Assembly (NCBI GenBank): GCA_965199675.1
Contig: CBDATI010000044.1
Coordinates: 2,793-66,792, forward strand
Direction of reading: 5' to 3'
Length of the DNA stretch: 64,000 nt
DNA from: Vicinamibacterales bacterium
GTDB taxonomy: Bacteria; Acidobacteriota; Vicinamibacteria; Vicinamibacterales; UBA8438
Shown: positions 38,702-48,630 of the stretch, in pieces
How positions within the stretch are numbered: the first letter of the stretch is position 1
How the letters are laid out: each line of letters begins with the position of its first letter
Translations under genes and position numbers: made by a program
Notes under the pieces: model-generated
Seen by the model: the letters and a program-made list of their open reading frames with translations, nothing else
The model's database searches: none
Told to the model about the DNA's origin: nothing

Positions 38702-38975
38702 CACGACCTCCTCTCGACGCTGCGAGATCATGCCTCGGAGCAGAGCCCACTTATACACCGGACGCCCACCCTGTACGCCGTTTTTCGGGACGCCGGCGCT
38801 CGGGAGCTCCGCATCGTCCTTCAACCAGCCCGGTGACGATGCGCGACACCGGATCCGTCACCGGCGCCCTCACGTCCTCCGGCACATACGCGGCCTTGTC
38901 TCCAGTCGAACCGTTTGCCGGCTGCATCGGTAGCCATGCCGACTGAACGGTCTCGCGAACGCGGCGCCCGCGCCA

Positions 38976-39809
38976 TCAGTCGCGGGTGATCTTCCCGATG
39001 ATGTAGCCGCCGGACCGCTCGTCGAGGTCGAGCTGCACGTAGCCGCGAGCCTGCGCCTCCTCGAGGAGGTCGTTGAACGACCGGAATCCGTAGGCCGACT
39101 CGTTGAAGCCGGGACGCCGGCGCTTGAGGGTCTGCTTGATCATCGACCCCCACAGCTTGGCCTGGTCGCCGCGCTCGGTGTAGATGGCCTCGGCCGTCTG
39201 AATCACGAGGTCGATGGCGGGCTGCACCGGGTCGTCCTGCTTCGCCGGCGCGGCGGCGGCCTTCTTGTGCTTCTCGTCCGACGACTTCCCGGTCGACTTC
39301 CCCCGCCCCTTGCCGCGCGGGCGGCGGCGGGCGGGCGGGCTCTCCGCCACGAGGTCGTCGTAGAAGATGAACTCGTCGCAGTTGTTGACGAGCAGGTCCG
39401 AGGTGGCCTTCTTCACCCCGACGCCGATGACCGCCTTGGCGTTCTCGCGCAGCTTGCTGACGAGGGGAGAGAAGTCGGAGTCGCCGGAGATGATCACGAA
39501 CGAGTCGATGTGCTCTTTCGTGTAGCACAGGTCGAGGGCGTCGACGACCATGCGGATGTCGGCCGAGTTCTTGCCCGACTGCCGGGCGTGGGGGATCTCG
39601 ATGAGCTCGAACGCCGCCTCGTGCATGGGCGCCTTGAACTCCTTGTAGCGATCCCAGTCGCAGTACGCCTTCTTGGCGACGATGCTGCCCTTCAGCAGCA
39701 GCCGCTCGAGGACCGGTCGCACGTCGAACCGCTTGAGGTCGGCGTCGCGGACCCCGAGGGCCACGTTCTCGAAGTCGCAGAAGACCGCCAGATTGCCGTC
39801 ACCGTTCAA
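38976..39809 (-). CDS. NYN-domain protein with C-terminal OST-HTH/LOTUS domain
   Basis: AVFCDFEN, GKNSADIRMVVD, SGDSDFSPL; FNESAYGFRSFNDLL. Confidence 0.9.
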   Translation of the reverse strand: MNGDGNLAVFCDFENVALGVRDADLKRFDVRPVLERLLLKGSIVAKKAYCDWDRYKEFKAPMHEAAFELIEIPHARQSGKNSADIRMVVDALDLCYTKEHIDSFVIISGDSDFSPLVSKLRENAKAVIGVGVKKATSDLLVNNCDEFIFYDDLVAESPPARRRPRGKGRGKSTGKSSDEKHKKAAAAPAKQDDPVQPAIDLVIQTAEAIYTERGDQAKLWGSMIKQTLKRRRPGFNESAYGFRSFNDLLEEAQARGYVQLDLDERSGGYIIGKITRD

Positions 39810-39875
39810 CTGATGCCTCCGTCCCGATGACCCGGCGGCGGGAGAGTCGACCCTCCGCTCGGCAGGTCCCAGGGT

Positions 39876-39916
39876 AAAAAAACGAAAGCGGGCCCGGGGT
39901 TCGTCCCCGGACCCGC
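39876..39916 (-). terminator. Intrinsic terminator downstream of the PQQ gene at 40003-42072
   Basis: GC hairpin GCGGGCCCGGGG-TTCGT-CCCCGGACCCGC, followed on the minus strand by TTTCGTTTTTTT. Confidence 0.8.
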
Positions 39917-40002
39917 CCAGGTATCGAGCCGAAGGTCGGCGCGCCGCCGCCCCTCGGTCGGTCGTGACGCGACGCGGAGCCGGGCATGCCGGCTCCGGGC
40001 CG

Positions 40003-42072
40003 TCAGTGACCGTCGCCGGCCGGCAACCGCAGGGCCGCGAGCGACGCCGGGAAGACGCCGCCCTGCGCGATCTGCACGACGATGTACTGGTCGCCGTCGT
40101 GCTCGTAGGTCATCATGCCGTACTGGCCCGGCGCGGGCAGGTCGACGGTGCCGACGATTTCGCCCGTCGTCTTGTTGCGCGCATCGAGCACGGCCGGCCC
40201 GTTCATGCCCCGGGTGGTGAGCAGGAGGCTGCCGGTGACCATGGACACGGCCCGGCTGCCGCCGCCGACCCCGGTGAGGTCGATGCCCTGCAGGGCGGGG
40301 TGCCGCCGCATCCGCTCGGACGCCTCGCCCACCGGCTGCCACCACAGGTGCTCGCCGGTGTTCATGTCGATGGCGGTGATGCGGTTGTAGGGAGGCTTGT
40401 GCATCGGCAGCCCCTGGGGACCGCCCCAGCCGACGCCGCCGCCCTGCACCCAGTCGGACACCGTGGTGCCCGTCGTCCAGCAGTCGCCCTCGGACGACGT
40501 GCACGCGTGGGTGTCGCCGTCGGTGTTCGTGCCCGGCTGCACGAGCCGGCCCGAGCACTGCGGCCCCGACGGCTGGTAGAGGATGCCGGTGGTCGGGTCG
40601 AGGGCGGCCGGATTGGTGATGTTGAGCCCGCCGGAGCAGCCGATCCAGCCCTGGACCGGCTCGTTGTGGCCTTCCGGCAGGGGCGGCATGTAGGGTCCGC
40701 CAATCCGGAAGTTGCTCATGATCTCGAGCGCCTCGGCGCGCAGCTCGGGGGTGAAGTCGATGACGTTCTCCTCGGGCAGGCCGAGGGCCTCGAGGGGCGC
40801 GGGCCGGGTGGGGATGGGCTGGGTCGGCGAGAGCTGCTCGCCGGGCACCACCGAAGCCGGCACCTCGACCTCCTCGATCGGCCACACCGGCTCGCCGGTC
40901 TCGCGGTTGAACGCGAAGGTCAGGCCCTGCTTGGTGGTCTGGATGGCCATCGGCACGTCCTGGCCGTCGACGTTGACGTCCACGAGGATGGGCACGTTGG
41001 GCAGGTCGTAGTTCCAGATCGGGTGATGCACGGTCTGGAAGTGCCAAACCCGGTCACCAGTCTCGGCGTCGAGGGCGACGATGCTCGTCCCGAACAGGTT
41101 GTCCCCCGGCCTGAACCCGCCGTAGTAGTCGATGGTCGGCGCGTTCGTCGGAATGTAGACGATGCCCCGCTCGAGGTCAGCGGCGAGCGGCGCCCACGAC
41201 GACACGTCGCCGGTCCACCGCCATGCGTCGTTCTCCCAGGTGTCGAACCCGAACTCGCTCTCGGTCTGCGGAATGATGTTGAACTTCCACTTGAGCTGAC
41301 CGCTGCGGAGGTCGTAGCCGAGAATGTCGCCCGGCACGTTCTCGATGCGGCTCTGGCTGTACCCCTGCTCGTGCGAGTTGCCGACGACGATGGTGTCGTT
41401 GACCACGATGGGGGGCGACGAGTTGGTGATGTAGCCCAGGGTCGGGTCGAGCCCGCTGTAGGGGTCGTAGGGGTGGCCGAGGCCCGCCAGCAGATCGACG
41501 ACCCCCGTCTCCGGGAACCCGGGGACGTCCACCGGAGACCCGAACCCCTCGATGTGGTCGCCGGTCTTGGCGTCGAGCGCATGCAGGAAGAACGCCGGGG
41601 TCACGATGAAGATGACGCCCCGCCCGTCGACCTCGGCGTAGGCCACGCCCTTGCCGTAGGCGGCCCGCATCGACTGCTCCCACCGTTCGGTGTTCGGCTC
41701 GCGGTAGGTCCACAGCGTCTCGCCGGTGGCCGGGTCCATGGCCACCACCGTGCGCCGGTAGCCGGCCACGGTGTAGAGGACGCCGTCGATGTAGCTTGGC
41801 GTCGACCGCGACGCGTAGTTGGTGTGCGGGCTGTAGTTGTCGCCCCGCCACACCCACGCCACCTCGAGGTCCTCGAAGTTCCCGGCGTCGACCTGATCGA
41901 GCGGCGAGAACCGGGTACCCCAGGCGTCGCCGCTCTGGTACCACCATTCCCCGTGGGGCGTGCCCCGCTCCCGCTCCTGGGCGGCCGCGCCGGTGACGGC
42001 CAGGGCCACCGCCAGCAGGGTGATCCACGAGAGGCGTCCGGCGCCCCCGCGACGTCTTGCCTGTGCTCTCAT
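40003..42072 (-). CDS. Exported PQQ-binding dehydrogenase-like protein, glucose-dehydrogenase-like
   Basis: GDAWGTRFSPLDQV, STPSY, HHPIWNYDLP, KPPYNRITAIDM. Confidence 0.85.
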   Translation of the reverse strand: MRAQARRRGGAGRLSWITLLAVALAVTGAAAQERERGTPHGEWWYQSGDAWGTRFSPLDQVDAGNFEDLEVAWVWRGDNYSPHTNYASRSTPSYIDGVLYTVAGYRRTVVAMDPATGETLWTYREPNTERWEQSMRAAYGKGVAYAEVDGRGVIFIVTPAFFLHALDAKTGDHIEGFGSPVDVPGFPETGVVDLLAGLGHPYDPYSGLDPTLGYITNSSPPIVVNDTIVVGNSHEQGYSQSRIENVPGDILGYDLRSGQLKWKFNIIPQTESEFGFDTWENDAWRWTGDVSSWAPLAADLERGIVYIPTNAPTIDYYGGFRPGDNLFGTSIVALDAETGDRVWHFQTVHHPIWNYDLPNVPILVDVNVDGQDVPMAIQTTKQGLTFAFNRETGEPVWPIEEVEVPASVVPGEQLSPTQPIPTRPAPLEALGLPEENVIDFTPELRAEALEIMSNFRIGGPYMPPLPEGHNEPVQGWIGCSGGLNITNPAALDPTTGILYQPSGPQCSGRLVQPGTNTDGDTHACTSSEGDCWTTGTTVSDWVQGGGVGWGGPQGLPMHKPPYNRITAIDMNTGEHLWWQPVGEASERMRRHPALQGIDLTGVGGGSRAVSMVTGSLLLTTRGMNGPAVLDARNKTTGEIVGTVDLPAPGQYGMMTYEHDGDQYIVVQIAQGGVFPASLAALRLPAGDGH

Positions 42073-42247
42073 CCGTTCCCTCCGAACCTTGGTTGCCGGG
42101 GTTGCCGGCACGGGACATCGCCGCGGGGACGGACGGCCCGACCACCGCGGCCCCGGCCGGTGACGGCCGGACGCCCATACCGGGGTTACGAGCAAATCAA
42201 GATGATGATTATACCCACGTGGGCGCGCCCACGTTATCCTTGGCGGC

Positions 42248-42886
42248 ATGAAAATCCGCACGACTCTCTGGCGAGTCCTGCCCGCCGCCTGCCTCGTCGC
42301 GGCGGGGATTACCGCGGGACCGACCGCCGCCCAGGAGCGCCGCATGGCGAGCCCGCCCGGACGGTCGGCCACCCAGGTGGGGGGGACCTACGACGCGCGG
42401 GCCGGCAACGTGGGCGGCCGGTGGCTCGAGATCCGCTACGGCCGGCCCATCCGGCGGGGCCGCGACATCTTCGGACTCGACGACTACCGCGAGTTCCTGA
42501 ACGACGGCGCCGACGTGTGGCGGGCCGGGGCCAACCAGAGCACCCGCCTCATCACCGAGACGGAACTCGTGCTCGGGGACACGCCGATACCGCCCGGCGA
42601 GTACACCGTCTTCATCGATCTGCAGGCCGACCCCTGGGAGATCATCGTCTCGCGGTGGCCGGCCCAGGTCACCTACGACTTCGACAACCGCGACGCCCTG
42701 TGGGGGGCGTACGAGTACACGCCGGACCGCGACGTGGTGCGGGCCCCGATGATGGTCGAGACGCTCGACCACTCGTTCGATCAGCTCTCGTGGCAGTTCC
42801 TCGACGTGACGGCGGACGGCGCGACCCTCGCCCTCTTCTGGGAGCGGACCCGGGCCTCGGTGCGGTTCGCCTTCGGGCGGGAGTAG
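42248..42886 (+). CDS. DUF2911-family exported protein
   Basis: SPPG, IRYGRP..RGR.IFG, VWRAGANQST, IPPGEYTVF, LFWE. Confidence 0.8.
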   Translation: MKIRTTLWRVLPAACLVAAGITAGPTAAQERRMASPPGRSATQVGGTYDARAGNVGGRWLEIRYGRPIRRGRDIFGLDDYREFLNDGADVWRAGANQSTRLITETELVLGDTPIPPGEYTVFIDLQADPWEIIVSRWPAQVTYDFDNRDALWGAYEYTPDRDVVRAPMMVETLDHSFDQLSWQFLDVTADGATLALFWERTRASVRFAFGRE

Positions 42887-42970
42887 GCGGGCGACGCGCT
42901 CTCCGGCCGCCGGCCTGGTGATGGCCTGCGCCGCCGCGACAACCGGCGCTGCTCCATCCGTCCCCCGTTC

Positions 42971-44814
42971 TCAGCGTGGTGGGTCGTCGACCGCCGCCAG
43001 CAGGGCGCGGTAGCGCGCGTCCGCCTCCTCGACGCGGGGCTCGAGCAGGCGGCGCTGGCCGGGCCACATCTCCGACAGCAGGCTGCGCGTCTCCCACGGC
43101 TCGAGGTCGCGATTGGGGTCCACCGCCTCGGTCAGGAGTTCCTGCAGGCGCGCCCGTTGAAGGGCGACCAGCTCGGGGACGCGCTCGTCGCGGTAGAACG
43201 GGCGGCCTTCCACTATCACGTAGACGGGCGCGCTGTGGGCGACGGTCAGGTTGCCCGGCTCCTGCCGCTCGCCGACGCGCGGACGGCCAGCCACAGGCTG
43301 CGGTCGGCCATCACCGTGGTCCGGAGGCGGACGCGGTCGCGTCCGCGGGCCGGCTCGGCGGCCACCACCTCGCCGTGCACGACCAGCTCGAGCCGGTCGA
43401 GCTGGTCGAGATCGGGGTTGAGCGACGCCTCGGCGACCACCTCCACCGCGGCGCCCGGCTCGACGTGCAGCTCGTCGCCCAGGGTCCCGCCGTTGGCGCT
43501 CACCTCCAGCAGCGGACCGTTGGTGACGTAGACGCGGCCGGCGCGGAACGCATCGAACCAGGCGTCGACGCTGAAGGGGCCGTCGATCCGGGCGTAGCTG
43601 CGCACGACTCCCGGCAGGTCCATGTAGGGAAAGTCCGATCCGGCGGCGGGCAGCAGCTTGTAGCCGAGGTCGAGGAACCCGTACCAGAGGTCGGTGGGCA
43701 GCCGGCCCTGCTGGAGGACCTCGACGAAGTCGACGATGCCGAAGGGGACGTCGAGGGCGATGCCGCGACGGCCGTTGAACAGCTCGGCCTGGTGCGCGTA
43801 GCCGGACACACCCCCCTGCCGTCGCGACTCCTCGAAGACGCGGTGGTAGAGGAAGTAGCCCTCGGGGCCGACGTGCAGCGGGCGCTGCAGGTTGTGGTGG
43901 ATGGTGTGGCCGCGATGGACGGTGCGGGTCTCCCCGGGCCGGACTTCGACCACGGCGTGATGGACGTGGTACTCGATGCCGCGGGTGACGACGAGCTCGT
44001 AGGTCCCCGCGGGGACCCGCGCCTCGTACCCGCCGTGCACGTAGAACGCCTGCCGGTGCGGCGATGGCCAGTAGGTGCGGCGGGTGAGCGAGAGCCGCCG
44101 CACCTCGTCCGTGTAGCGGTGCACGAGGACCGCGTCGTCAGACGGCAGGGGCAACCGCCCCGACGCATCGTAGAGGCCGACCCGGGCGGGCACGGGACGC
44201 CCCGACGCGGCGTCGCTGACATCGAGGCGAACGCGGCCGAACGCGGTCGGCGTCTCGGTGGCGCCGCTGCGAACGACCTCGAGGTCGCACACGGCCAGCC
44301 CATCGCGGCTGCCGGCGGCGATGTCGATCCCCCGGGCGCCGTGGCCGGCGAGCCGGGCCCGGTCGAGGGTCAGGGTGACGCGCCGCAGGGCGCCTACCGC
44401 TTCCCCCGTTTCCGGCCGGACCTCGGCTCGGCCCAGGCCGTCGCCGCCGTTCCGGTCCCAGACGACGGTGAACGGCGTGGTGAGGGCCGGTGCGTAGGTC
44501 AGGGTGAGGGTGACCGGCTCGTCGACGTCGAACGCGTAGGCGTCGTCGACGTCGAAGCCGATCAGCCCGCCGACCACGCAACGCCGGCCGCCGACCGTGC
44601 GCGTCTCCACCTCGTCGCGGTAGGCGCCCAGGCCCAGCTCGGAGTAGCTCAGCCCGTAGGTGTGGGCGATGCGCGGCGGGGTCCAGTCGACCTCGACCAC
44701 GTAGCGGGCCTCGCTGCCGTGGGCTCGCACGCCGGGGGCCGCCGCAGTCATCAGGGCTGCGGCCGCGCACCCGATCGCGCACAGGGTCGGGAACCCGGGA
44801 GACGCAAGCTTCAT
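42971..44814 (-). pseudogene. CehA/McbA-like PHP metallohydrolase, frameshifted and probably internally deleted
   Basis: GVSGYAH, AAGSDFP; a 1-nt shift near 43278 joins ORF 43246-44814 to ...GERQEPGNLTVAHSAPVYV; no GDxHxH motif found. Confidence 0.65.
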
Positions 44815-44877
44815 CGTCGACTCGCCGCCGGAGAGCGGCCGGCGGGGTCCCGCCCGGCCGTCCCCCGTCGACGTCGT

Positions 44878-45831
44878 CTACCAGGGCATCTGCCGCCCGG
44901 TGTGGCGGCGGCCCGCATCGGCCGCCTCGGCCCCGGGGTTCGACCCGATGCGCACGCCCTCGTCGATCATCGCGATGATGTTGTCGGCGTTCATGCCGTT
45001 GAGGAACGGGATGCCCGCCGCCCTCGTCGCCGCGAACACCCGCGACCGCGCGTCGACGAGCACCTGCGGGTTCTCGGCCCGCGAGACGCCATAGGACATG
45101 CTCATGTCGCCCGGCCCCCACTCGGCGAAACCGACGCCCGGCACCGCGGTGCTCGCCTCGGCGTTCTGCAGGGCGTGCCGGTCCTCGATCTTCAGGCCGA
45201 CGAGCAGTTCGCCGGCCGGGTTGAGGGGCCACGCGTCGGCGAGCCGCTGGTACTCGGCGTTGGACACGCCCCAGATGCGGGCCGCGAAGCCCTGCCCCCC
45301 GCTGCCGCGCAGGCCCTCGTCGAGACCATCGGCCTTCTTGGCGTGGGGATAGCGGGCCGCCTCGACGAGGACCTTCACGACCTCGGGCGACCGCGCGTGG
45401 GCCAGCAGCACCCCGTGCACCCCCGAGCCGAGCAGGTGCTCGACCATCCAGTAGTTGGCCCACATGACCGTCTCGTTGACGCCGCCGAACGGCAGCACCG
45501 CGATGACCGTCGGGGTGCGGTGCCCGCTCTTCGTCGGCCCGCCGTCGACGAGCCCCTGCATGAACGCGCGCAGGTCGGTCATGTCGAACGGGCTGTGCTC
45601 GAGGTTGTAGGTGATGTAGTCGGCCCAGGTCTGGGCCAGCGCCTTGCCCTCCTCGTAGCCGCCCCCGTTGACCTGCGTGTAGTAGATCGGCTGGTCCTGC
45701 TCGAGCAGCTCGATCGCCTTGTTGATGCGCTTGGGGGTGTAATCGCTCGAGCCGCCGCCCGCTTCCTGGCCGCCGAGCGCGACCACGCCGACCGCCGCCA
45801 CCAGTGCGACCGCAGCAAGTCTCTTCAGCAT
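44878..45831 (-). CDS. HpcH/HpaI aldolase-family protein with signal peptide
   Basis: LEHSPFD, LKIED, WGPGDMSMSYG; N-terminus MLKRLAAVALVAAVGVVALG. Confidence 0.8.
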   Translation of the reverse strand: MLKRLAAVALVAAVGVVALGGQEAGGGSSDYTPKRINKAIELLEQDQPIYYTQVNGGGYEEGKALAQTWADYITYNLEHSPFDMTDLRAFMQGLVDGGPTKSGHRTPTVIAVLPFGGVNETVMWANYWMVEHLLGSGVHGVLLAHARSPEVVKVLVEAARYPHAKKADGLDEGLRGSGGQGFAARIWGVSNAEYQRLADAWPLNPAGELLVGLKIEDRHALQNAEASTAVPGVGFAEWGPGDMSMSYGVSRAENPQVLVDARSRVFAATRAAGIPFLNGMNADNIIAMIDEGVRIGSNPGAEAADAGRRHTGRQMPW

Positions 45832-45851
45832 GGGTTCCTCCTCGTCGCCGG

Positions 45852-46125
45852 TCATCGTCGCACAGCCCGGCGTCCACGTCGACCCGGACCGACGCCTCGA
45901 CGATCAGCCGTGGTCGAACGGTCCCCGCACAGCTCGCGCACGGCCTTGTGGTCGAAGCCTGGCGCGAAGTCCCGCCCGCCGACCAGCTCCAGGAGGTTCT
46001 TGCGCTTCCGGCGCTCGATCAGGTCGGCGAGCGCCGCGTGAACCACCTCTCGCTTCGTGCGCGCGCCGGGTCAGCGCCATCGCCTGTCGGACCAGGTCGT
46101 CATCGATGGCGATGTTCGTTTGCAT
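45852..46125 (-). pseudogene. VapB-family antitoxin, frameshifted; toxin absent or eroded
   Basis: MQTNIAIDDDLVRQAMALT, then removing one base of the G3 run at 46068-46070 gives GARTKREVVHAALADLIERRKRKNLLEL. Confidence 0.72.
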
Positions 46126-46265
46126 GGTGTTGTACCATACATCTCTCATGCGCCGTGCGGTCCCCGCACCCCCGGTTCCCGCGCCCGCCGCCCGCCGCCT
46201 CGATTCACGAGATTGACAAGCCCTCGACACGGGCGCATGATTGCTCTGATCAGGAGGACACCCCG

Positions 46266-47558
46266 ATGAACATCCGCGTCAGAACCCTCGGTTCCGGCTC
46301 GCTCGGCGTCGTCGTCGGCGCGTTGCTCGCGGTGGCGGCCCTGCCCGCCGGCGCGGCGGCGCAGGACCAGGAGGTCACGTTCACCCGCGACGTGATGCCG
46401 ATTCTCCAGGAGTCGTGTCAGAGCTGCCATCGGGAGGGCGACATCGCCCCGATGTCGCTGATGACCTACGAGGAGACCCGCCCGTGGGCGCGGTCGATCC
46501 GCGACAAGGTGGAGACCCGCACCATGCCGCCCTGGTACATCGACCCCAACGTGGGCGTCCAGGGCTTCAAGTACGACCGGTCGCTGAGTCAGGCGGAGAT
46601 CGACACCATCGTGGCCTGGGTCGACGCCGGCGCGCCGCGCGGCAACCCCGAGGATCTGCCGCCGCCGCGGCAGTTCGCCGACCGCGACATGTGGCACATC
46701 GGCGAGCCCGACTGGATCGTGCCGATTCCCGAGCCGTTCACGGTGCCGGCGGAGGGGGCCAACTGGTGGGGCGACCTGTTCTCACCGACCGGACTGACCG
46801 ACGACCGCTGGATCAAGGCGGTCGAGACCAAGCCGTCGGCCGAGGGCTTCCCCGTGGTGCACCACGCGGTGACCCGCGTACAGGACTCCGAGGAATCGGA
46901 CGAGGGCGACTTCCTGAACGAGTACGCCCAGGGGAAGAACGGCGACATCTTCCCGCCGGGGACGGGACGCCTCGTCAAGGCGAACTCGGTCATCCGCTTC
47001 AACATGCACTACGCGTCGGTGGGCCGCGAGATCACCGACCGCACCAGCGTCGGGCTGCAGTTCTACCCCGAGGGCGAGGAGCCCGAGAAGGAGCTGTTCT
47101 CCCGCGCTCTGGCCCAGAACTACGACCTCGACATCCCCGCGGGCGCGGACGAGGTGCGGCACGACAGCTACCACCCGTTCACCAACAACGTGCGGCTGAC
47201 CGGGTTCCAGCCCCACCTGCACAACCGCGGCAAGCGGCAGTGCATCGAGGCGATCCTTCCCGACGGGAACACCCAGACCATCAGTTGCGCCAACTGGGAC
47301 TTCGGCTGGCACATCGTCTACAACTACGCCGACGACTCGCAGCCGCTGCTGCCCAAGGGCTCGTTCCTGCACACCATCACCTGGCACGACAACTCGACCG
47401 GCAACCGCTGGAACCCCGACCCCGACAACTGGGCGGGCTTCGGCCAGCGGTCGAGCGACGACATGTCGTTCACGTGGACGAGCTACTACGAGCTCGACGA
47501 CGAGGAGTTCGCGGCGGCGGTGGCCGAGCGCGAGGCCATGAACGCCGACGACGACTAG
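46266..47558 (+). CDS. Exported c-type cytochrome fused to a copper type II monooxygenase (copy 2)
   Basis: SD AGGAGG; signal peptide; CQSCH and MPPW; VVHHAV, NMHY, PHLH, DDMS. Confidence 0.82.
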   Translation: MNIRVRTLGSGSLGVVVGALLAVAALPAGAAAQDQEVTFTRDVMPILQESCQSCHREGDIAPMSLMTYEETRPWARSIRDKVETRTMPPWYIDPNVGVQGFKYDRSLSQAEIDTIVAWVDAGAPRGNPEDLPPPRQFADRDMWHIGEPDWIVPIPEPFTVPAEGANWWGDLFSPTGLTDDRWIKAVETKPSAEGFPVVHHAVTRVQDSEESDEGDFLNEYAQGKNGDIFPPGTGRLVKANSVIRFNMHYASVGREITDRTSVGLQFYPEGEEPEKELFSRALAQNYDLDIPAGADEVRHDSYHPFTNNVRLTGFQPHLHNRGKRQCIEAILPDGNTQTISCANWDFGWHIVYNYADDSQPLLPKGSFLHTITWHDNSTGNRWNPDPDNWAGFGQRSSDDMSFTWTSYYELDDEEFAAAVAEREAMNADDD

Positions 47559-47658
47559 TCCCGGACGTCGCCGCCCTGCCGGGCGGCGGTGCCCGCCCGT
47601 CCAACCTCTGCAGGGGTCTGCGCCGTATCCGCGGCGCAGACCCCTGGAGTCAGAAGCG

Positions 47659-48570
47659 ATGACCATACGCACCCTTCAACGCGTCGCGATGGCGTGCGCG
47701 GCGGCGGCCCTGCTCGCGTCGGCCGCCCCACCCCTCGCGGATGCCCAGATCCGCTACGACCGGGGCCAGAACGTGGCTCCCGTCTTCGAAGGCTGGGAGC
47801 GCAACCCGGACGGCACCTTCAACATGGTGTTCGGGTACATGAACCGGAACTACCAGGAGATGCCGGAAGCGCCGGTCGGCGCCGCCAATTCGTTCGAGCC
47901 GGGCGCGGCCGACCGCGGCCAGCCGACGCGCTTCTACCCCCGGCGCCAGCAGTTCGTGTTCCGCGTGCAGGTGCCGGCCGACTGGGGCGAGCAGGATCTC
48001 GTGTGGACGCTGACCACCAACGGCCGCACCGACAAGGCGTTCGGCCGGCTCTGGCCGGCGTGGGAACTCGACGACGGCGTGATACGGGCCAACCGGGGCA
48101 TGGGGCTTCAGGGGGCCCCCGCCGACAACCAACCCCCGTCCATCGCCATCCCCGGCGGCGACGAGCTGACGGTGACCCTGCCCGACACGCTGACGATCAC
48201 CGCGGTGGTCGGCGACGACGGCATCCCGGGGCCCCGGCCGCGCCCCGCGTCCCGTGACGACGACCCGCAACGGGCGGCCCGTGACGCCGCCGATCGCGCC
48301 CGGCGGGCGAGCCGACCCCACCCCACGAACCAGGCCGTCGTGCAGGCGAGGGTCGCGGGCGAGACGGGCCTAGGCATCACCTGGATCCACTACCGGGGAC
48401 CGGGCCGCGTGCGCTTCGACCCGCAGACCGTCTCGGTCGAGGGCGGCCGGGGCGGCCAGGTCGAGACCACCGTCACGTTCACCGAACCCGGCGCCCACGT
48501 GCTGCGCGCCTACGCCGACGACTCGATCAACACCACGCCGATCGACGTCACGGTGACCGTGACGGAATAG
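47659..48570 (+). CDS. Exported partner protein with C-terminal Ig/PKD-like domain (copy 2)
   Basis: PVFEGWERNPDGTFNMVFGYMNR, DRGQPTRFYPRR, TFTEPGAHVLRAYADD. Confidence 0.82.
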   Translation: MTIRTLQRVAMACAAAALLASAAPPLADAQIRYDRGQNVAPVFEGWERNPDGTFNMVFGYMNRNYQEMPEAPVGAANSFEPGAADRGQPTRFYPRRQQFVFRVQVPADWGEQDLVWTLTTNGRTDKAFGRLWPAWELDDGVIRANRGMGLQGAPADNQPPSIAIPGGDELTVTLPDTLTITAVVGDDGIPGPRPRPASRDDDPQRAARDAADRARRASRPHPTNQAVVQARVAGETGLGITWIHYRGPGRVRFDPQTVSVEGGRGGQVETTVTFTEPGAHVLRAYADDSINTTPIDVTVTVTE

Positions 48571-48630
48571 CAGCCCGTCCGACCCCGGCTTGCCGGGCGC
48601 CGACGACCGGCGTCCGGCTGCCGGGGCGCC

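Noticed and set aside
36564-38750. 728-aa ORF suggesting one fused protein
   Set aside because: The upstream half is an off-frame read of gene 37805-38701; the real start is GTG 37808 with an SD.
39964-46041. Very long ORFs such as 39964-42921 (+) and 42976-46041 (+); also 6892-8976, 13614-16373 and 19717-21654
   Set aside because: Antisense shadows of real high-GC genes; no motifs and skewed composition.
47569-47588. 8-bp GC hairpin between monooxygenase 2 and its partner as a terminator
   Set aside because: No U-tract and no equivalent in copy 1; at most an mRNA-stability element.
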